Assembly: GCA_951406725.2 (NCBI GenBank)
Contig: OX597829.1
Location: 45,694,001 to 45,758,000 of the forward strand
DNA from: Octopus vulgaris
Lineage: Eukaryota
DNA length: 64,000 nt
Direction of reading: 5' to 3'
Below the pieces are notes generated by a model, which ran no database searches, was not told where the DNA came from, and was given only the letters and a program-made list of their open reading frames with translations. Both the position numbers and the translations under genes were made by a program. This document shows, piece by piece, positions 12,975 to 27,006 of this stretch. The first letter of the stretch is position 1; every line of letters begins with the position of its first letter.

Positions 12975-13352
12975 AACAAGAGCATTCAGAGAGCGCAAAC
13001 CTCTGTCAAGGTAACACCAATGTCCTCTCAACGATTAGCTGGAGATGATTTTTGAAATTAGAATATCTGAAATAAACTCGACTGCTCTCACAAATGGGAA
13101 TACTGAAAATGAACCTGACCATTCTCAAAAATTAAGTATAAAAACTGGAAAAATAATCCAGAATCCTTGTCTGGTACTGGATTGATCCCAAAATCTAATG
13201 TGACTGTGCCAGTCATGAGGCCAAACATGCCTGAAAGTTTCATGTGAATCTATCCAGCAGTTCTTGAGATATCTTGTGCACGGACAAACATACAGACAAA
13301 CAAACAAATATGACTGAAAACAATACCTCTGCTTTTGCTAAGGTGGATGTAA
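12975..13352. mobile_element. Helentron-like non-autonomous element
   Basis: AACAAGAG start, subterminal aacctctgtcaagg repeat, (ACAA) tract and terminal palindrome. Homologous to 7098-7455. Confidence 0.65.
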
Positions 13353-13746
13353 CAATGCTGAAAGTGAGTGAAAGAATGGGAGATAGAGAAGAAGATCTGG
13401 AAAGAAAGTGAGGAAATAAATAAACTGAATTTACAGAATGAAGCAGTGTTTGTTTGTTGGATAAGTTGTGTGGTTTATAAAATTGTTTCTTAGATGCAAA
13501 TGTCTTTGCTATCCATCTCCTTTCAGAGTGTCTTAGAGCTGTACAGGTGTCTCTGCAGTTTCCTCTTTTGATCAAAAAGGTGCTAGAAGAATTTGATATG
13601 ATGTATAACTTCTCATTGTTACTGTTATATCTGAACTGTTATAATATCAAATGTTTCTGACGTTCTCTTATTACTCTCCAACTGTGTATCTTCAACAAGC
13701 ACTCCACGATATCTCTATTCAATAATTCTTATGACCTGTACACTAT

Positions 13747-14151
13747 ACTTACTTACTTGTACTTGTGGGGACATTCACCCTGGGCAGGTTGAGTCGGCTT
13801 CTTCCACCACCCTCGAAGCATCTCGAACCATGCTAGTGGAAGAAGTTTCGTGGGAATATGAATTTCACAAGCGATCCCCAACAATCCCGCATGTAGAGAC
13901 ATCCTGTTTGCTGCAGATTGTCCTGCAGACGCAGGGACAGAACGACCGAGGAGCTGCCAGTTGCTGAAACAGACACTCCGAGGATTTTCACTAGAGCCTC
14001 GTCTGCCGGGTTGTGGCCCTAATACCACTCGGTGTCAGACCAATCTGCCTTGGGTGGCCCTACCAAGAACCGAAGTTCCCGACGGCATAGCTCTGACACT
14101 ACCCGTTGCCAGCGTCCCACCACGGTGAGGAGGGGATGGACTTTGGGGATG
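13747..14151 (-). mobile_element. Bipartite RTE-derived non-autonomous retroelement (5' UTR fused to 3' end) with 11-bp TSD
   Basis: TSD ctgtacactat at 13736-13746 and 14152-14162. Minus strand has the RTE/BovB-like 5' motif gagctatgccg...agggccacccaag and ends MVRDASRVVEEADSTCPG* plus a caagtacaagtaagtaagt tail. Confidence 0.7.
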
Positions 14152-14635
14152 CTGTACACTATGACTGCACACATGACACTCCAGACTGTTCTGCACATGC
14201 TCATTTATACTAACTAGTAGAGTTCACTTAGCCAATCATGGGGGTGTATAGATTCCCCATACAACAGAACTATAATGGAGTAAACTTTACAGTTCAAAAG
14301 GGTTTTGATTTTTCAGCCTTTAGGAATGGTTGAATTAATTATTTGGTAGGAGGGGGCAGTTGAATCCTTTAAAGTTATTCAGCTACCAAAAGGAGTTTCT
14401 TTTTTTCTTTGGATTGTCTTGCAGAAAATTTTCTCTCTTCATTATTTGACTGCTATTTCTAAATTTTCGGTATGTGGCTAAGCAACTTGTTGCTTAACCT
14501 TATATATATATATATAAAGAACTTTCTGTAAAAGTTCCTACCGATAATGGTTCTATTTCCATACTGAAACTACTTGGTAATAATTATTCATTTTTAAAAT
14601 TAATAATTATTTACCCTTATATTATTAATAATGAA

Positions 14636-14666
<31 letters not shown>

Positions 14667-15333
14667 TGCTCTTGACAGGAACCCATTGGTACCCTAGTTA
14701 GCTCACAAATAGCATATATATATATATATTGTGTCTGTTGCTGGTGAAAAGAAATTGGCGGCTAAAATTAATATTACCAGGCAACCTGTGGAAACCTATA
14801 CAGGTATAAATGTGTGAAGGCGAATTTTGTAATTATAGGTGTGCATGTCGGGTGTGGCAAAAGTTGAGTCACCGTATTAAAACATATGGAATGTTGTCTT
14901 GGTGTATAAATACACATGTGTCTATGTGTCTGGATATCTATGATTATATGTATGTTTGTGTTTTCATGTGTGTGCCCATTTCTGTGTGTTCATCTTGAAC
15001 TCTGTCTCAGTGGGTTTTTTTCTATATTTACCTGTTATATCTGTATGTCTTTGTGTATGTGTAATAAATAGGTGACTATTAAAGAAATGATCATTCATTA
15101 AATTTTGATAATATATGCATACTAAATATGTGTGTGTGTCTTTATATTTATATTATATAGTATTATGGTATATATGTCTATATATATATATATATATATA
15201 AAGTAGGTGAATGAATTATCCTATGTTTATCGTCAGCATGGAAAATTCGTTTAACTGATACCTGGGTAGCAAATATGTCGAGAGTAAAGGAATTTTGTTA
15301 ACATCTTCGTTCGACTCTATTCTTTCATTCATT

Positions 15334-15374
<41 letters not shown>

Positions 15375-15379
<5 letters not shown>

Positions 15380-15660
15380 ATGTAAGTGAACATGTGTATA
15401 TGTTTACAGATACATATGTATATACATACATTCATATATATATAATGTAATTGAACACATGTGTATATGTTTACAGATACATATGTATATACATACATTC
15501 ATATATATATAATGTAAGTGAACACATGTGTATATATTTACAGATACATATGTATATACATACATTCATATATATATAATGTAAGTGAACACATGTATAT
15601 ATGTTTACAGATGCATATGTATATACATTATATATGTTTACAGATGCATATGTATATACA
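15375..15660. repeat. Minisatellite of about 68 bp x4 (ataatgtaagtgaacacatgtgtatatgtttacagatacatatg...)
   Basis: Directly visible tandem units. Confidence 0.85.
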
Positions 15661-15713
15661 TTATCATCATCATCGTTTAACGTCCGTTCTCCATGCTAGC
15701 ATGGGCTGGTCAT

Positions 15714-17640
15714 CATCATCGTTTAACGTCCGTTCTCCATGCTAGCATGGGCTGGACGGTTCGACTGGAGTCTGGGAAGCCAGGATGCTGCACCAGGCTC
15801 CATTCTGATCTGGCAGTGTTTCTACAGCTGGATGCCCTTCCTAACGCCAACCACTCTGAGAGTGTAGTGGGTGCTTTTTACATGCCACCGGCACATGGGC
15901 CAGAGGAGGCTGGCAATACCCATGATCGGTTGCTGCTTTTTACGTGCCGCATCTACAATTTCCATTTGATTTTTATTTTGATGTTGATGTACTTGAATCA
16001 ATAGATTTCCTGAAGCACAGCTGGTCACCCTATGATTCAAAGTACTTTGAATGGGCTGGGGCTGGTTATGTGAAGCTGGTGTAGGATATGCCGTGGACTC
16101 ACATTATTTGTCTGGACTTCGCAGTCACAGCATATCTCCAGAGGTTTTGGTCTTTTGTCATTGCCTCTGTGAGGCCCAACGTTCGAAGGTCATGCTTGAC
16201 CACCTCATCCCATGTCTTCCTGGGTCTACCTCTACCCTGGATTCCTTCAACTGTTTGGGAGTGGCACTTCTTCACACATTTCTTCTCAAGCATCCATCGT
16301 ACATGACCATACCAGCGCAAATGTCTCTCTTGCACACCACATCCAATGCTTCTTATGTCTAACATTTCTCTCAGGGTGCTTACACTCTGTCATGTGTACA
16401 CACTGACATTACACATCCAGCAGATCATGCTAGCTTCATTTCTTTTTGAGCCTACGCACGTCCTCCACAGTCATGGCCCATGTTTTGCTGCCGTGAAGCA
16501 TGGCAGTTCACACACATGCATCGTACAATCTACCTTTCACTCTGAGCGAGAGACCCTTTGTCACCAGTACTTTGTCACTTATTCTAGTGGTCACACTCTC
16601 TGAGCATCCACCCCAACTACTAACCTGGTCACCTAGGTAGCAGAAGCTATCAACTACTTCTAGCTTCTCCTCCTGGAGTGTGATGGAATCTGTTGTCTGA
16701 GCATCTGTGTTGTCTATTGCCCTTGTGCATCTGCCGCACATGAAAGCTATCTTCTCGGTTAATCTTCCTTTGATGTTGTTGCACCTCTTATGTGTCCATA
16801 GCTTACACTGGGTACACCTTAAGGAGTTTCTACCTACACCTTTTCTACAAATCGAGCAGGGCCACCTGTCTGAGGGTGTGTGTTTAATGAGTTCGCCTTC
16901 CTACTTACTAGAACTTTGGTCTTTGCTACATTGACTGTAAGTCCTTTTGATTCTAAACTTTGCTTCCACACCCGAAATTTCTTTTCTAGTTCCGGTAGTG
17001 ATTCTGTTATGAGGGCCAGGTCATCAGCATAGAGGAGCTCCCAGGGGCAACCCATCTTGAATTCCTCTGTTATTTTGCTTGGAGGACTATGATGAATAAA
17101 AGGGGACTGAGGGCTGAACCTTGGTGGACCCCTACTTCTACCCAGAATTCTTCACTATACTCATTGCCAATCCTAACCTTACTAACAGCCTCTCTGTATA
17201 GGTCCTGTACAGTCCTTATTAACCATTCGTCAATATCCAGTTTCCACATCACCCACCAGATAAGGGATCGGGGGACCCTGTCAAAGGCTTTCTCAAAGTC
17301 CACAAAAGCTAAGTATAGGGATTTATCTTTAGCTAGGTATTTCCCCTGCAGTTGTCGAACAATGAATATGGCATCAGTGGTGCTTCTACTCAGCACAAAA
17401 CCAAACTGCATCTCATCTAAGCAGACTCTCTCCCTAATGAGATGGGCTACAATCCTCTCCTTGACCTTCATCACCTGATCTAGCAGTTTGATACCCCTGT
17501 AGTTATTTCTGTTTAGAGCATCACCTTTACCCTTGACTATGGTGCCGCTACGCCAGTCATTGGGTATGACTCCATCATGAACTGCCTGGTTTACAATGTG
17601 GGTGACAAGGCCATAGCCCACACCACCAGATGTTTTAAGC
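15714..17640 (-). mobile_element. 5'-truncated, frameshifted RTE-clade LINE (RT, PHD finger, C-terminus, 3' UTR)
   Basis: ORF pieces NYRGIKLL, QFGF, FVDFEKAFDRV, GVHQGSALSPLLF, LLYADDL, FCYLGD, RWYGHV and GRGRPRKTW. The 3' UTR ends in a (GAT)n tail. Confidence 0.95.
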
Positions 17641-17641
17641 A

Positions 17642-17681
<40 letters not shown>

Positions 17682-17701
17682 CACACAGGGAGAGAGAGAG
17701 G

Positions 17702-17749
<48 letters not shown>

Positions 17750-17776
17750 CAGCTCACTTGTTTCTGTACTCATTCC

Positions 17777-17818
<42 letters not shown>

Positions 17819-18331
17819 GCAACAGGGTAACCTTGTACCTCCTCTACAGCAAGATACCTGTTTCTCTCTCTCTGTCTCACTATAACCATTCATCATCTGA
17901 CACAAGTGCACGTCGTCCAATACCCTGCTTCTCTCAAACATTTTTGTCTTGCAAATTATTTGGTGACCCTGTCGGTGCAGGTGCCACTTAAAAAGCACCG
18001 AGTCCACACTGTAGAGTGGTTGACATTTGGATGGGCATCCAGCTGTAAAAATCTTGCCGAAACTGACCTCGCCTGTGCTTGTGCCATGTGAAAAGCACTA
18101 CATCCACTCTGCTGGGGAGTGGTTGATGTTAGGAAGGACATCCAGTTTTAAAAACCCTGCCAAAACACACAGAAGTCCAGTGCGGGCTTCTGCCTGGCTG
18201 GCTCCTGTCAAACTCTCACCCATGCCAGCATTGACAGCAGATGATGATATAAATGTACATATACGTATGTATATATATATATATGTATACTCATACACAC
18301 ACACTTATAAAACAAGAATACTCTTGCTATG

Positions 18332-18375
<44 letters not shown>

Positions 18376-19029
18376 TACTTACTTTACTTTACTTTTACTT
18401 GTTTCAGTCATTTGACTGCGGCCATGCTGGAGCACCGCCTTTAGTCGAGCAAATCGACACCGGGACTTATTCTTTGTAAGCCCAGTACTTATTCTATCGG
18501 TCTCTTTTGCCGAACCGCTAAGTGACGGGGACATAAACACACCAGAATCGGTTGTCAAGCAATGCTAGGGGGACAAACACAGACACGCAAGCATATACAC
18601 ACACACATACATATATATACACATATATATGACAGGCTTCTTTCAGTTTCCGTCTACCAAATCCACTCACAAGGTATTGGTTGGCCCGAGGCTATGTATG
18701 TATGTATGTATGTATGTATATTTATATTTAACGAGATATACACATGCACACACATATATAAATAAATATGTAAAATATATACATATTTATATCTGTGTAT
18801 ATTTGTTACACATATTTATTTGTTATTTATAACATCATGTTCTCATCTTGGAAGTTGACTCACCTCACTTTGTGCGACTAAAGTATTAGGTAATGTTGTT
18901 GTAGGTGGAGAGGTTTCCTTTTCAAATCAATAGAAACATGAACAACTACAACAACAACAGACAATACAATAAAAAAGGTATTAGTACCAACACCAACAGA
19001 TGACCAATCTACATTTTCAAAGACACCTG

Positions 19030-19104
<75 letters not shown>

Positions 19105-19991
19105 TATATGTAAGTTCTTCCTTTTTCACATCCTGAACAAACCCATCAGGACCCAATGACAAAGAAATAAATACTTGAGCTGAGACATACCATATACGTA
19201 TTCGCAATGATCATTGAATTAAGATAACGCATATACCTGTTTTTTTTGCTGGTTGAATTAGAACATAGTAATTCAAGCAGAAAAAAATTAGTAGGCGAAG
19301 ATGTCTGTTCAATGCACACCTTAAAAGTCTTACAAAAAGAACAGAGAGAGAGATAGATAGGTAGATTATATAGATAAATAGAAAGAGAGAGAGAGACGAA
19401 GGAAGAGAGTAAAGCATGCTTTAGGAAATGTCCCATGGACAAGGACTACATAGAAAATGGGAGAGATGTGTGTAGGTGTGGGTGTGTTACTGTATACATT
19501 GATATGTTTTTCCCATGTAGACGAAGGAAAAAAATTTGAAAGAATTATACGTATTTTATTAAATGTATGAATCTATGTGAATATTCTTCCTATGGTACAG
19601 TGTATGTGTGGAATGAGAGTGAGGAGTGAAACTGGTTTTATGCCAGTGCTTTTCAGCCGATATATTTTGTCTGTACATGTAATGTGTTCTACACACCTGA
19701 ATATGTAGAAACTTGCATGTACCATGGGAAGCAAATTTCTTACCTCATAGCCATGATGTAATGTGTCGAAGAAGACCAAGATACAAAGGTTGATGAACAC
19801 ACACACGCATATGTATAAGAACATATATATATAGGTGTGGCTGTATGATAAGAAATTTGCTTACCAACCACAGGGTTCTGGGTTCAGTCCCACTGCATGG
19901 CACCTTCAGCAAGTGTCTTCTACTATAGCCTTGGGCCGACCAAAGCCTTGTGAGTGGATTTGGTAGACGGAAACTGAAAGAAGTCCGTCGC

Positions 19992-20026
<35 letters not shown>

Positions 20027-20283
20027 TGTGTTTGTTCCTCCACCATTGCTTGACAACCACATCTGTGGAGTCATATCTATAGTGAAAAGAATTAGCTGTC
20101 TTTTGGCTGCTATTTCTAAATTTTTGGTATGTGGTGAAGCAACTTAATTATATTTATAATTTTATATAAAAAAAACTTTTTGTAAAAGTTTCTGCCGATA
20201 ATGGTTCTTTTTCCATACAGAAATTACTTGGTAAAATTTATTAATTATTAAATTAATAATTCTTTAACCTATATCTGTAATGA

Positions 20284-20319
<36 letters not shown>

Positions 20320-21696
20320 GTACACACACACACATATACATATATATATATATATATCTTTATATAATACACACACACATATATATATAGCAAAGATATG
20401 TTTGTTAACACTCTCACACCGTCTCTCTCTTTCTTTTTCTCTCTGTTTCTTGCACGCACACACACGCATGAGTAAACAGATACATTTGTTAACACTCATG
20501 TACCATCTCTCTCTTTCTCTCTCATACACACACACAGACATACACATACAACTATGGTTTCTAACATACGTAATTGAAAAATAATGCTTCAGGTATTTTT
20601 TGTCCACCCTACACACGTAGCCACCCACACATGTCTACTACTACGTTATTCATAATATTTTATTTCTTCTGGTTTTCTGTTCTCAGTTAGTGGCTGAGTT
20701 CTTTTTGAGCCTCATGGAGGCCAAGTGGCCAAGCTCCTTCCAAGTGATGGGCCTCATGGAGGCAATGACCAAGACCTTTGGCATTATACTTACTTTTTTT
20801 TAAAACTTTTTTACTTGTTTCAGTCATTTGGCTGTGGCCATGCTGGAGCACCACTTTTAATCGGGACTTATTCTTTTGTAAGTCCAGTACTTATTCTATT
20901 GGTCTCTTTTGCCGAACCGCTAAGTGACGGGGACATAAACATACCAGCATCGGTTGTCAAGCAATGCTAGGGGAACAAACACAGACACACTAACACACAC
21001 ACACACACACACACATACACATATACATATACATATATATGACAGGCTTCTTTCAGTTTCCGTCTACCAAATCCACTCCCAAGGCATTGGTCGGCCCGAG
21101 GCTATAGTAGAAGACACCTGCCCAAGGTGCCACGCAGTGGGACTGAACCCAGAACCATGTGGTTGGTAAACAAGCTACTTACCACACAGCCACTCCTGTG
21201 CCTATGTCATGCTTAAGAAGAAGACTCATCAAGCCAAGCAAAATCACAGTTGTGACAGATACTGGTGTCGCACAAATGGCACCAGCGCCAGTGACATGTA
21301 AAAAAAACACCCATTACACTTGAGTGGTTGGTGTTAGGAAGGGCATCCAGCCATAGAAAACCATCTCAAATCAGACAGGATCCTGGCACAGCCTTCCAGC
21401 TTGCCAGCCCAGTCAAACCGTCCAACCCATGCTAGCATGGACAACAGACATTTAATGATAATGATATTCTTTTACTTGTTTCAGTCATTTGACTGTAGCC
21501 ATGCTGGAGCACCACCTTTAGTTGAGCAAATCGACCCCAGGACTTATTCTTTGTAAGCCTAGTACTTATTCTATCGGTCTCTTTTGCCAAAACACTAAGT
21601 TGCGGGGACGTAAACACACCAGCATCGGTTGTCAAGCAATGTTGGGGGGACAGACATAGACACACAAACATATACACACACATACATACATACATC

Positions 21697-21728
<32 letters not shown>

Positions 21729-22069
21729 GATGGACTTTCAGTTTCCGTCTACCAAATCCACTCACTTTGGTTGGCCTGCGGCTATAATAGAAGACACTTG
21801 CCCAAGGTGCCATGCAGTGGGACTGAACCCAGAACCGTGTGGCTAGTAAGCAAGCTACTTACCACACAGCCACTCCGGTGATGATGATAATGATAAGATT
21901 GTCCTTGTCTTTGATCCTTTTGGGGTCAGTAAGAATAGATAATCACCTGTTGAGCTCTGGGGTCGATGTAAATGACTTAGGCTCTCTGCTAAAATTGCTG
22001 GCCTTGTGATTGATGTAGAAACAAAAGAGAACTTTTCATTATGCTAAGAAGCTTGATCATCACCCTCTA

Positions 22070-22109
<40 letters not shown>

Positions 22110-22864
22110 CATCATCATCATCATCGTTTAACGTCCGTTCTCCATGCTAGCATGGGTTGGACGGTTCAACTGGGGTCTGGGAAGCCAGAAGGCTGCACCA
22201 GGCCCAGTCTAATCTGGCAATGTTTCTACAGCTGGATGCCCTTCCTAACGCCAACCACTCCGTGAGTGTAGTGGGTGCTTTTTACGTGCCACCTGCTACA
22301 TATATATATGTGTGTGTGTATATATAAAATTTGCGATGTATGGCATTCAGTTACTCAATAAATGAAAACTGCATTAAATACTCTAAAACATAGGACAAAC
22401 ACAGAAAGACTGTAATTCTTCATCAGTTATCGACTGAAAAATACTAATACTCAGTTTTGTACCTTTAACGATAAAACTGAGAGCTTAGTATATTGGTGGC
22501 ACCTGCAAGATATACATCATCATCATTTTAGGTCTGTTTTCCATGCTGGCATATATATATATAACAAACAAATATATTAGTTTAATGCTCAAGAAGTGAA
22601 AAGTCTTATATATGTGTGTGAGTGTGTGTATGTGTATATATATATATATATATATAGTTATGTGTGTCTGTGTTTGTCCACCATCACTCTCACTTGACAA
22701 CTGATGTTGGTGTGATTATGTCACCATAACTTAGCGGTTCAACAAACGTGACTGATATAATAGGTACAAGGGGTTGATTTCTTAGACTAAAACCGTTTAA
22801 GATGGTATTCCATCATGGCAGCAATCTAATGACTGAAACAAGTAAAAGATGAAAGATTGTACAT

Positions 22865-23390
22865 CAGTGATTCTCAACCAGGGTCCATTTGGCTCCTGAG
22901 TATTATAAGATTTTGTGAGGGCCCACGCAAGTAAAATAGTAAACTGGAGCTCCAAAGGTGAATCTTAGGGGCTCATGGAAAAAATTTTGCTTTAGGTATA
23001 TTCACTGCAAGAAACAGTTAAGCTTCTTTTTCTAACATTTTACATAGTTCAACTTTAATGTGTGAGAAAAACAGAACAGGAAATTTGAAAGAAGTCTCTA
23101 TAAAACTAGGTTTTAATCATCGAAAGGCTATGGGGTTCACTAGAATAGAATAATAATAAAAGGGGTTCATAGAGAAATCCTGCTTTAAATGTAGTATGTA
23201 TTGCAAGGAACAGATAGGTTTCTGTCTCTAACATTTTACATAGTTCAACCTGCACAAGTTAATGTGAGAAAAACAAAATAGGAATTTTGAAAGAAGTTTC
23301 TATAAAACTAGCTTTTAAACATTGAATGGCTATGGGGGTCCACCAGAATAAAATAGTAACGAAAGGGGTCCATAGATAAAAAAAAAAAAT
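22865..23390. mobile_element. hAT-like MITE, truncated, with an internal duplication of about 200 bp
   Basis: Starts CAGTGATTCTCAACC and is homologous to 32279-32634. The right end is replaced by a SINE. Confidence 0.6.
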
Positions 23391-24371
23391 GTATGGTAAG
23401 TAGCTTGCTTACCAGCCACATGGTTCCAGGTTCAGTCCCACTGCGTGGCACCTTGGGCAAGTGTCTTCTACTATAGCCTCGGGTCAACCAAAGCCTTGGA
23501 TTTGGTAAACGGAAACTGAAAGAATCCCGTCGTATATATCTGTATATATATGTATGTGTATGTTTGTGTGTCTGTGTTTGTCCCCCCCAACATCGCTTGA
23601 CAACCGATGGTGGTGTGTTTACGTCCCTGTAACTTAGCGGTTCGGCAAAAGAGACCGATAGAATAAGTCCTAGGCTTACAAAGAATAAGTCGATTTTCTC
23701 GACTAAAGGCGGTGCTCCAGCATGGCCGTTGTCAAATGACTGAAACAAGTAAAAGAATAAAAGAGTAAAGGAGTAGCTACTGTCGTACATAATATTATTT
23801 ATAAAATGCAAATAATATTCTGCTGAGTTGCTTCCCTTGCACACTAGTGATATTTATACAGCAGTACTCAATGATTCTCATAATGTGGCCCATTACATGC
23901 AGTGGGTGCATAGCTTACCAGTAATCAGTAAAGAGCCACTTCTCAAGTCAAATGCAGCCAAAGTTTCACTCATCACAGGCATCTCATTAATTTGATACAT
24001 AATTATATGCCTAATGAATTGCAGAGTACTGGCTTCATGAATCTCTGATGTATACTTATATATATACTCTAGATAATGTACTAAGTACACTTTTTTCCTG
24101 CATTTTTACACATACTTATGCACGCATAATTACACACATATGCACACACATACTCTCTCTCTCTCTCTCACACACATACACATACATACACACTTTCACT
24201 CACACACAAACATGCATGCACACACACACACACAGGTGCACTCACATACACAGGCACATATACACACTCTCTCTCTCTCACACATGCACACATGCATTCT
24301 CTCTCATACACACATTCACTCATACATACACACTTGTGCATGCGCATACACTCACACACACATGTACACTC

Positions 24372-24753
24372 GACCTTTATTCTCTAGAAAAACGCCGCTG
24401 CCATGGGGATCTCATTCTCGCTCACAACATCATAAGCGGAAAGTGTAACCTCTCGAAAGAGCTGTTCTTCACTCCTGCTCCAGAGCGTCAGTTGCGGGGT
24501 CATTCCGAAAAGCTCTACCTGCGACGATATCATCTCAATCAAAGGAGAGGAGCTTTCTCCGTCCGGGTTGCGGATCCGTGGAACAAGCTGCCAGACGAGA
24601 TGGTGAAGATGCCGACAACCGCTTTGTTCAAAGTCTCCCTTGACCTCAAGTGGCCTGAACTCTTTACATGAACACCACCCTGTACATAACTCCATGTCCC
24701 CCTACATGGCTTTGTTTTTTGCTTTTGAGCCAAAAAATTAACTAACTAACTAA
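24372..24753 (+). mobile_element. CR1-clade LINE 3' fragment
   Basis: LDLYSLEKRRCHGDLI...LRGHSEKL...FSVRVADPWNKLP...FKVSLD is a CR1 ORF2 C-terminus. (AACT)n tail. Confidence 0.9.
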
Positions 24754-24991
24754 CATCTTTTGGAGCTTTACTTGTGTTTGGTAAGTGAGTTGCTCTGAGG
24801 CTCTGTGTTGAAACTGCAGGAATTGCATCATCTTAGAAGAGCCTGCTTAGTTTATTTCAGAACATGCTAAATCTGTTACACTTGCTTTTCAATTTAATTT
24901 ATGAGCCATTGCGGTTTTTGTCACGCATTTCTGATCTGCTCACTGATGCAATTCAATGGCTGTGTAATTGTGTCAGTAATTAAGTCACAAA

Positions 24992-25389
24992 TCTTTATAT
25001 ATAAAAATAAGGTTGTGTGTCTGTCTCCTACGATTTAGATTCCTAACTACTTCCACATTTTGCGGTGCAGTTTAACCAAAACCAGGTATCTTATAGTCGT
25101 GATTCATATCGAGCCCTTCTGGGTATTGGCGCGCGTCTACGATGAGTCTACGATTTAAAAAATAATTTACCATCATTTTTTTCCATTTTGATGCATTTTT
25201 TCGCTATTATATAAGGGAAGTAACTCTCTAAAAAATGTCTACGATGAGTCAACGATTTAAAAAAAAATTTACCATAATTTTTTTTCCATTTTTAATGCAT
25301 TTTTTGCTATTTTTTGGCTATAACTCTCTAAAAATGCTTATATAGTTATTTCCCTTACAAACCTGAGCAACGCCGGGCGATACTGCTAG
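24992..25389 (+). mobile_element. Non-autonomous Helitron (subfamily 1)
   Basis: A|TCTTTATATATAAAA ... cctgagcaacgccggg hairpin ... CTAG|T, no TSD. Near-identical to 47809-48208. Confidence 0.85.
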
Positions 25390-25574
25390 TGCATGATAAA
25401 AAATTTTTTAGTACTTAGGTAATTAGGCACAATTATGGCTATGTGCTTAAGAAGTTTGCCTCCCAACAGTTTTGGTCTAGGGTTCAGCCTCACTGCATGA
25501 CACCATGGGTAAAGTGTTTTAAGTATAGCTGCAGGCTGACCAAAACCTTGTGAGTGGTCCAAATTCATGTGTAC

Positions 25575-25730
25575 TTACTTACTACTTGTATTTATGATGG
25601 CTTCTTCTCTGTTCCTAATGGCATCACGAACCATGGCGGCCCATGCTCGACAGTCCTGTGTGAGGTCACTGGAGATAGCGAGCCATTCGCGGTTCCATCT
25701 GCGCAGACCGACCACTGGCCTTCTGCCACA
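25575..25730 (-). mobile_element. RTE LINE 3' end fragment
   Basis: Minus strand reads GLRRWNREWLAISSDLTQDCRAWAAMVRDA with a caagtagtaagtaagta tail, similar to the tail of 13747-14151. Confidence 0.65.
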
Positions 25731-26469
25731 ATTTAAAGCTATTATTTATTTTAGATCCTTCAGGTGAGCTGGCAGAATCGTTAGCACACCGAGCAAGATA
25801 CTTAGTAGCAGTTCTTCCAGTTCTTTACATTCTGAGTTCAAATATTTCTGAAGTCGACTTTACCTTTTGTCTTTCCAAGGGTCATAAAATAAATACCAGA
25901 TGAACACTAGGGCCAATATAAATAGCCGTCCACTTACCATGAAATTTCAGGCTTTTTACCTATAGTAAGAATAATTATTTATCGTTAGACCTAACCAAAG
26001 GTGCAAGCCTATGACCATATATTTCTGAGAACAAATTCTTAGATCCAATATCATTCTTGACAATCTCATGTCTGAAAGTATTGCAAGAAGCATAAATGCA
26101 AATATTTCTGCAGTATATTTACCAAACTTGAAACTGTAACAATTTTAGTAGTTGACCTTTTCAGATTTGAATGCTAATAACGAATGTAGCTATTAATTTA
26201 GTCTAAATTAAGCAACTCATTGATCCAGTCACAGCTACTATAATGCGAACCTGGGAGACTGGTTTCATAGACGAGTTAATTATAGATAATGACTTTGAAG
26301 GGTGGTGGTGTTTGGTGTTGAAGGCCCTCCCACCCTCAGTGAAAAAATATATATAAAAAAAAATAAAGAAAAAGCAAATAGAAAATATCTAACAGTCTGG
26401 GTTTGATGATGGCTGCAATGTTTAATTTGTGACTTATGAGTTCTGTTTCTAAGCTGCATAATATGTGTG

Positions 26470-26935
26470 TGTGTGTGTATATAGATCAAATAGAGTGAAC
26501 ATGCTTCAAAGCATTGCATGTGTGGGTGTACTTGTGTGTATGTGTCCACGTGTGCACTTGTGTGTGTGTGCATCTGTGGGGGTGTGTGCACATGTGGATG
26601 TGTGTTTGTCTGTGTGTGTACGTGTGTGTGTGGGTGTTCATGTGTGTTTGTGTGTGTTTGGATATGTGTGTGTGCACCTGTATGTGGATGTATGTGTGTT
26701 TGCATATATGTGTGTGTATAGATAAAATAGAGTGAACAAGCTTCAAAGCATTGTGTGTGTGCTTGTGTGTATGTGTGTGTGCATCTGTGTAGGTGTGGGA
26801 ACATGTGGATGTGTGCTGGTCTTTGTGTGCATATGTGTGTGCATGTGTGTGGGTGTTCATGTGTGTTTGTGTGTGTGCATCTGTATGTGGATGTATGTGT
26901 GTTTGCATATGTATGCGTGTATGTATGTATATATA
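26470..26935. repeat. Tandem duplication of about 237 bp of TG-rich sequence
   Basis: Anchor aaatagagtgaaca.gcttcaaagcattg near 26490 and 26725. Confidence 0.8.
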
Positions 26936-26941
26936 TATATG

Positions 26942-27006
<65 letters not shown>

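Noticed and set aside
12720-13031. 103-aa minus-strand ORF
   Set aside because: Starts inside a repeat, with no recognisable domain or splice structure.
22395-22432. Hammerhead on the minus strand (CTGATGAagaattacagtct)
   Set aside because: No GAAA or NUH after the putative stem II.
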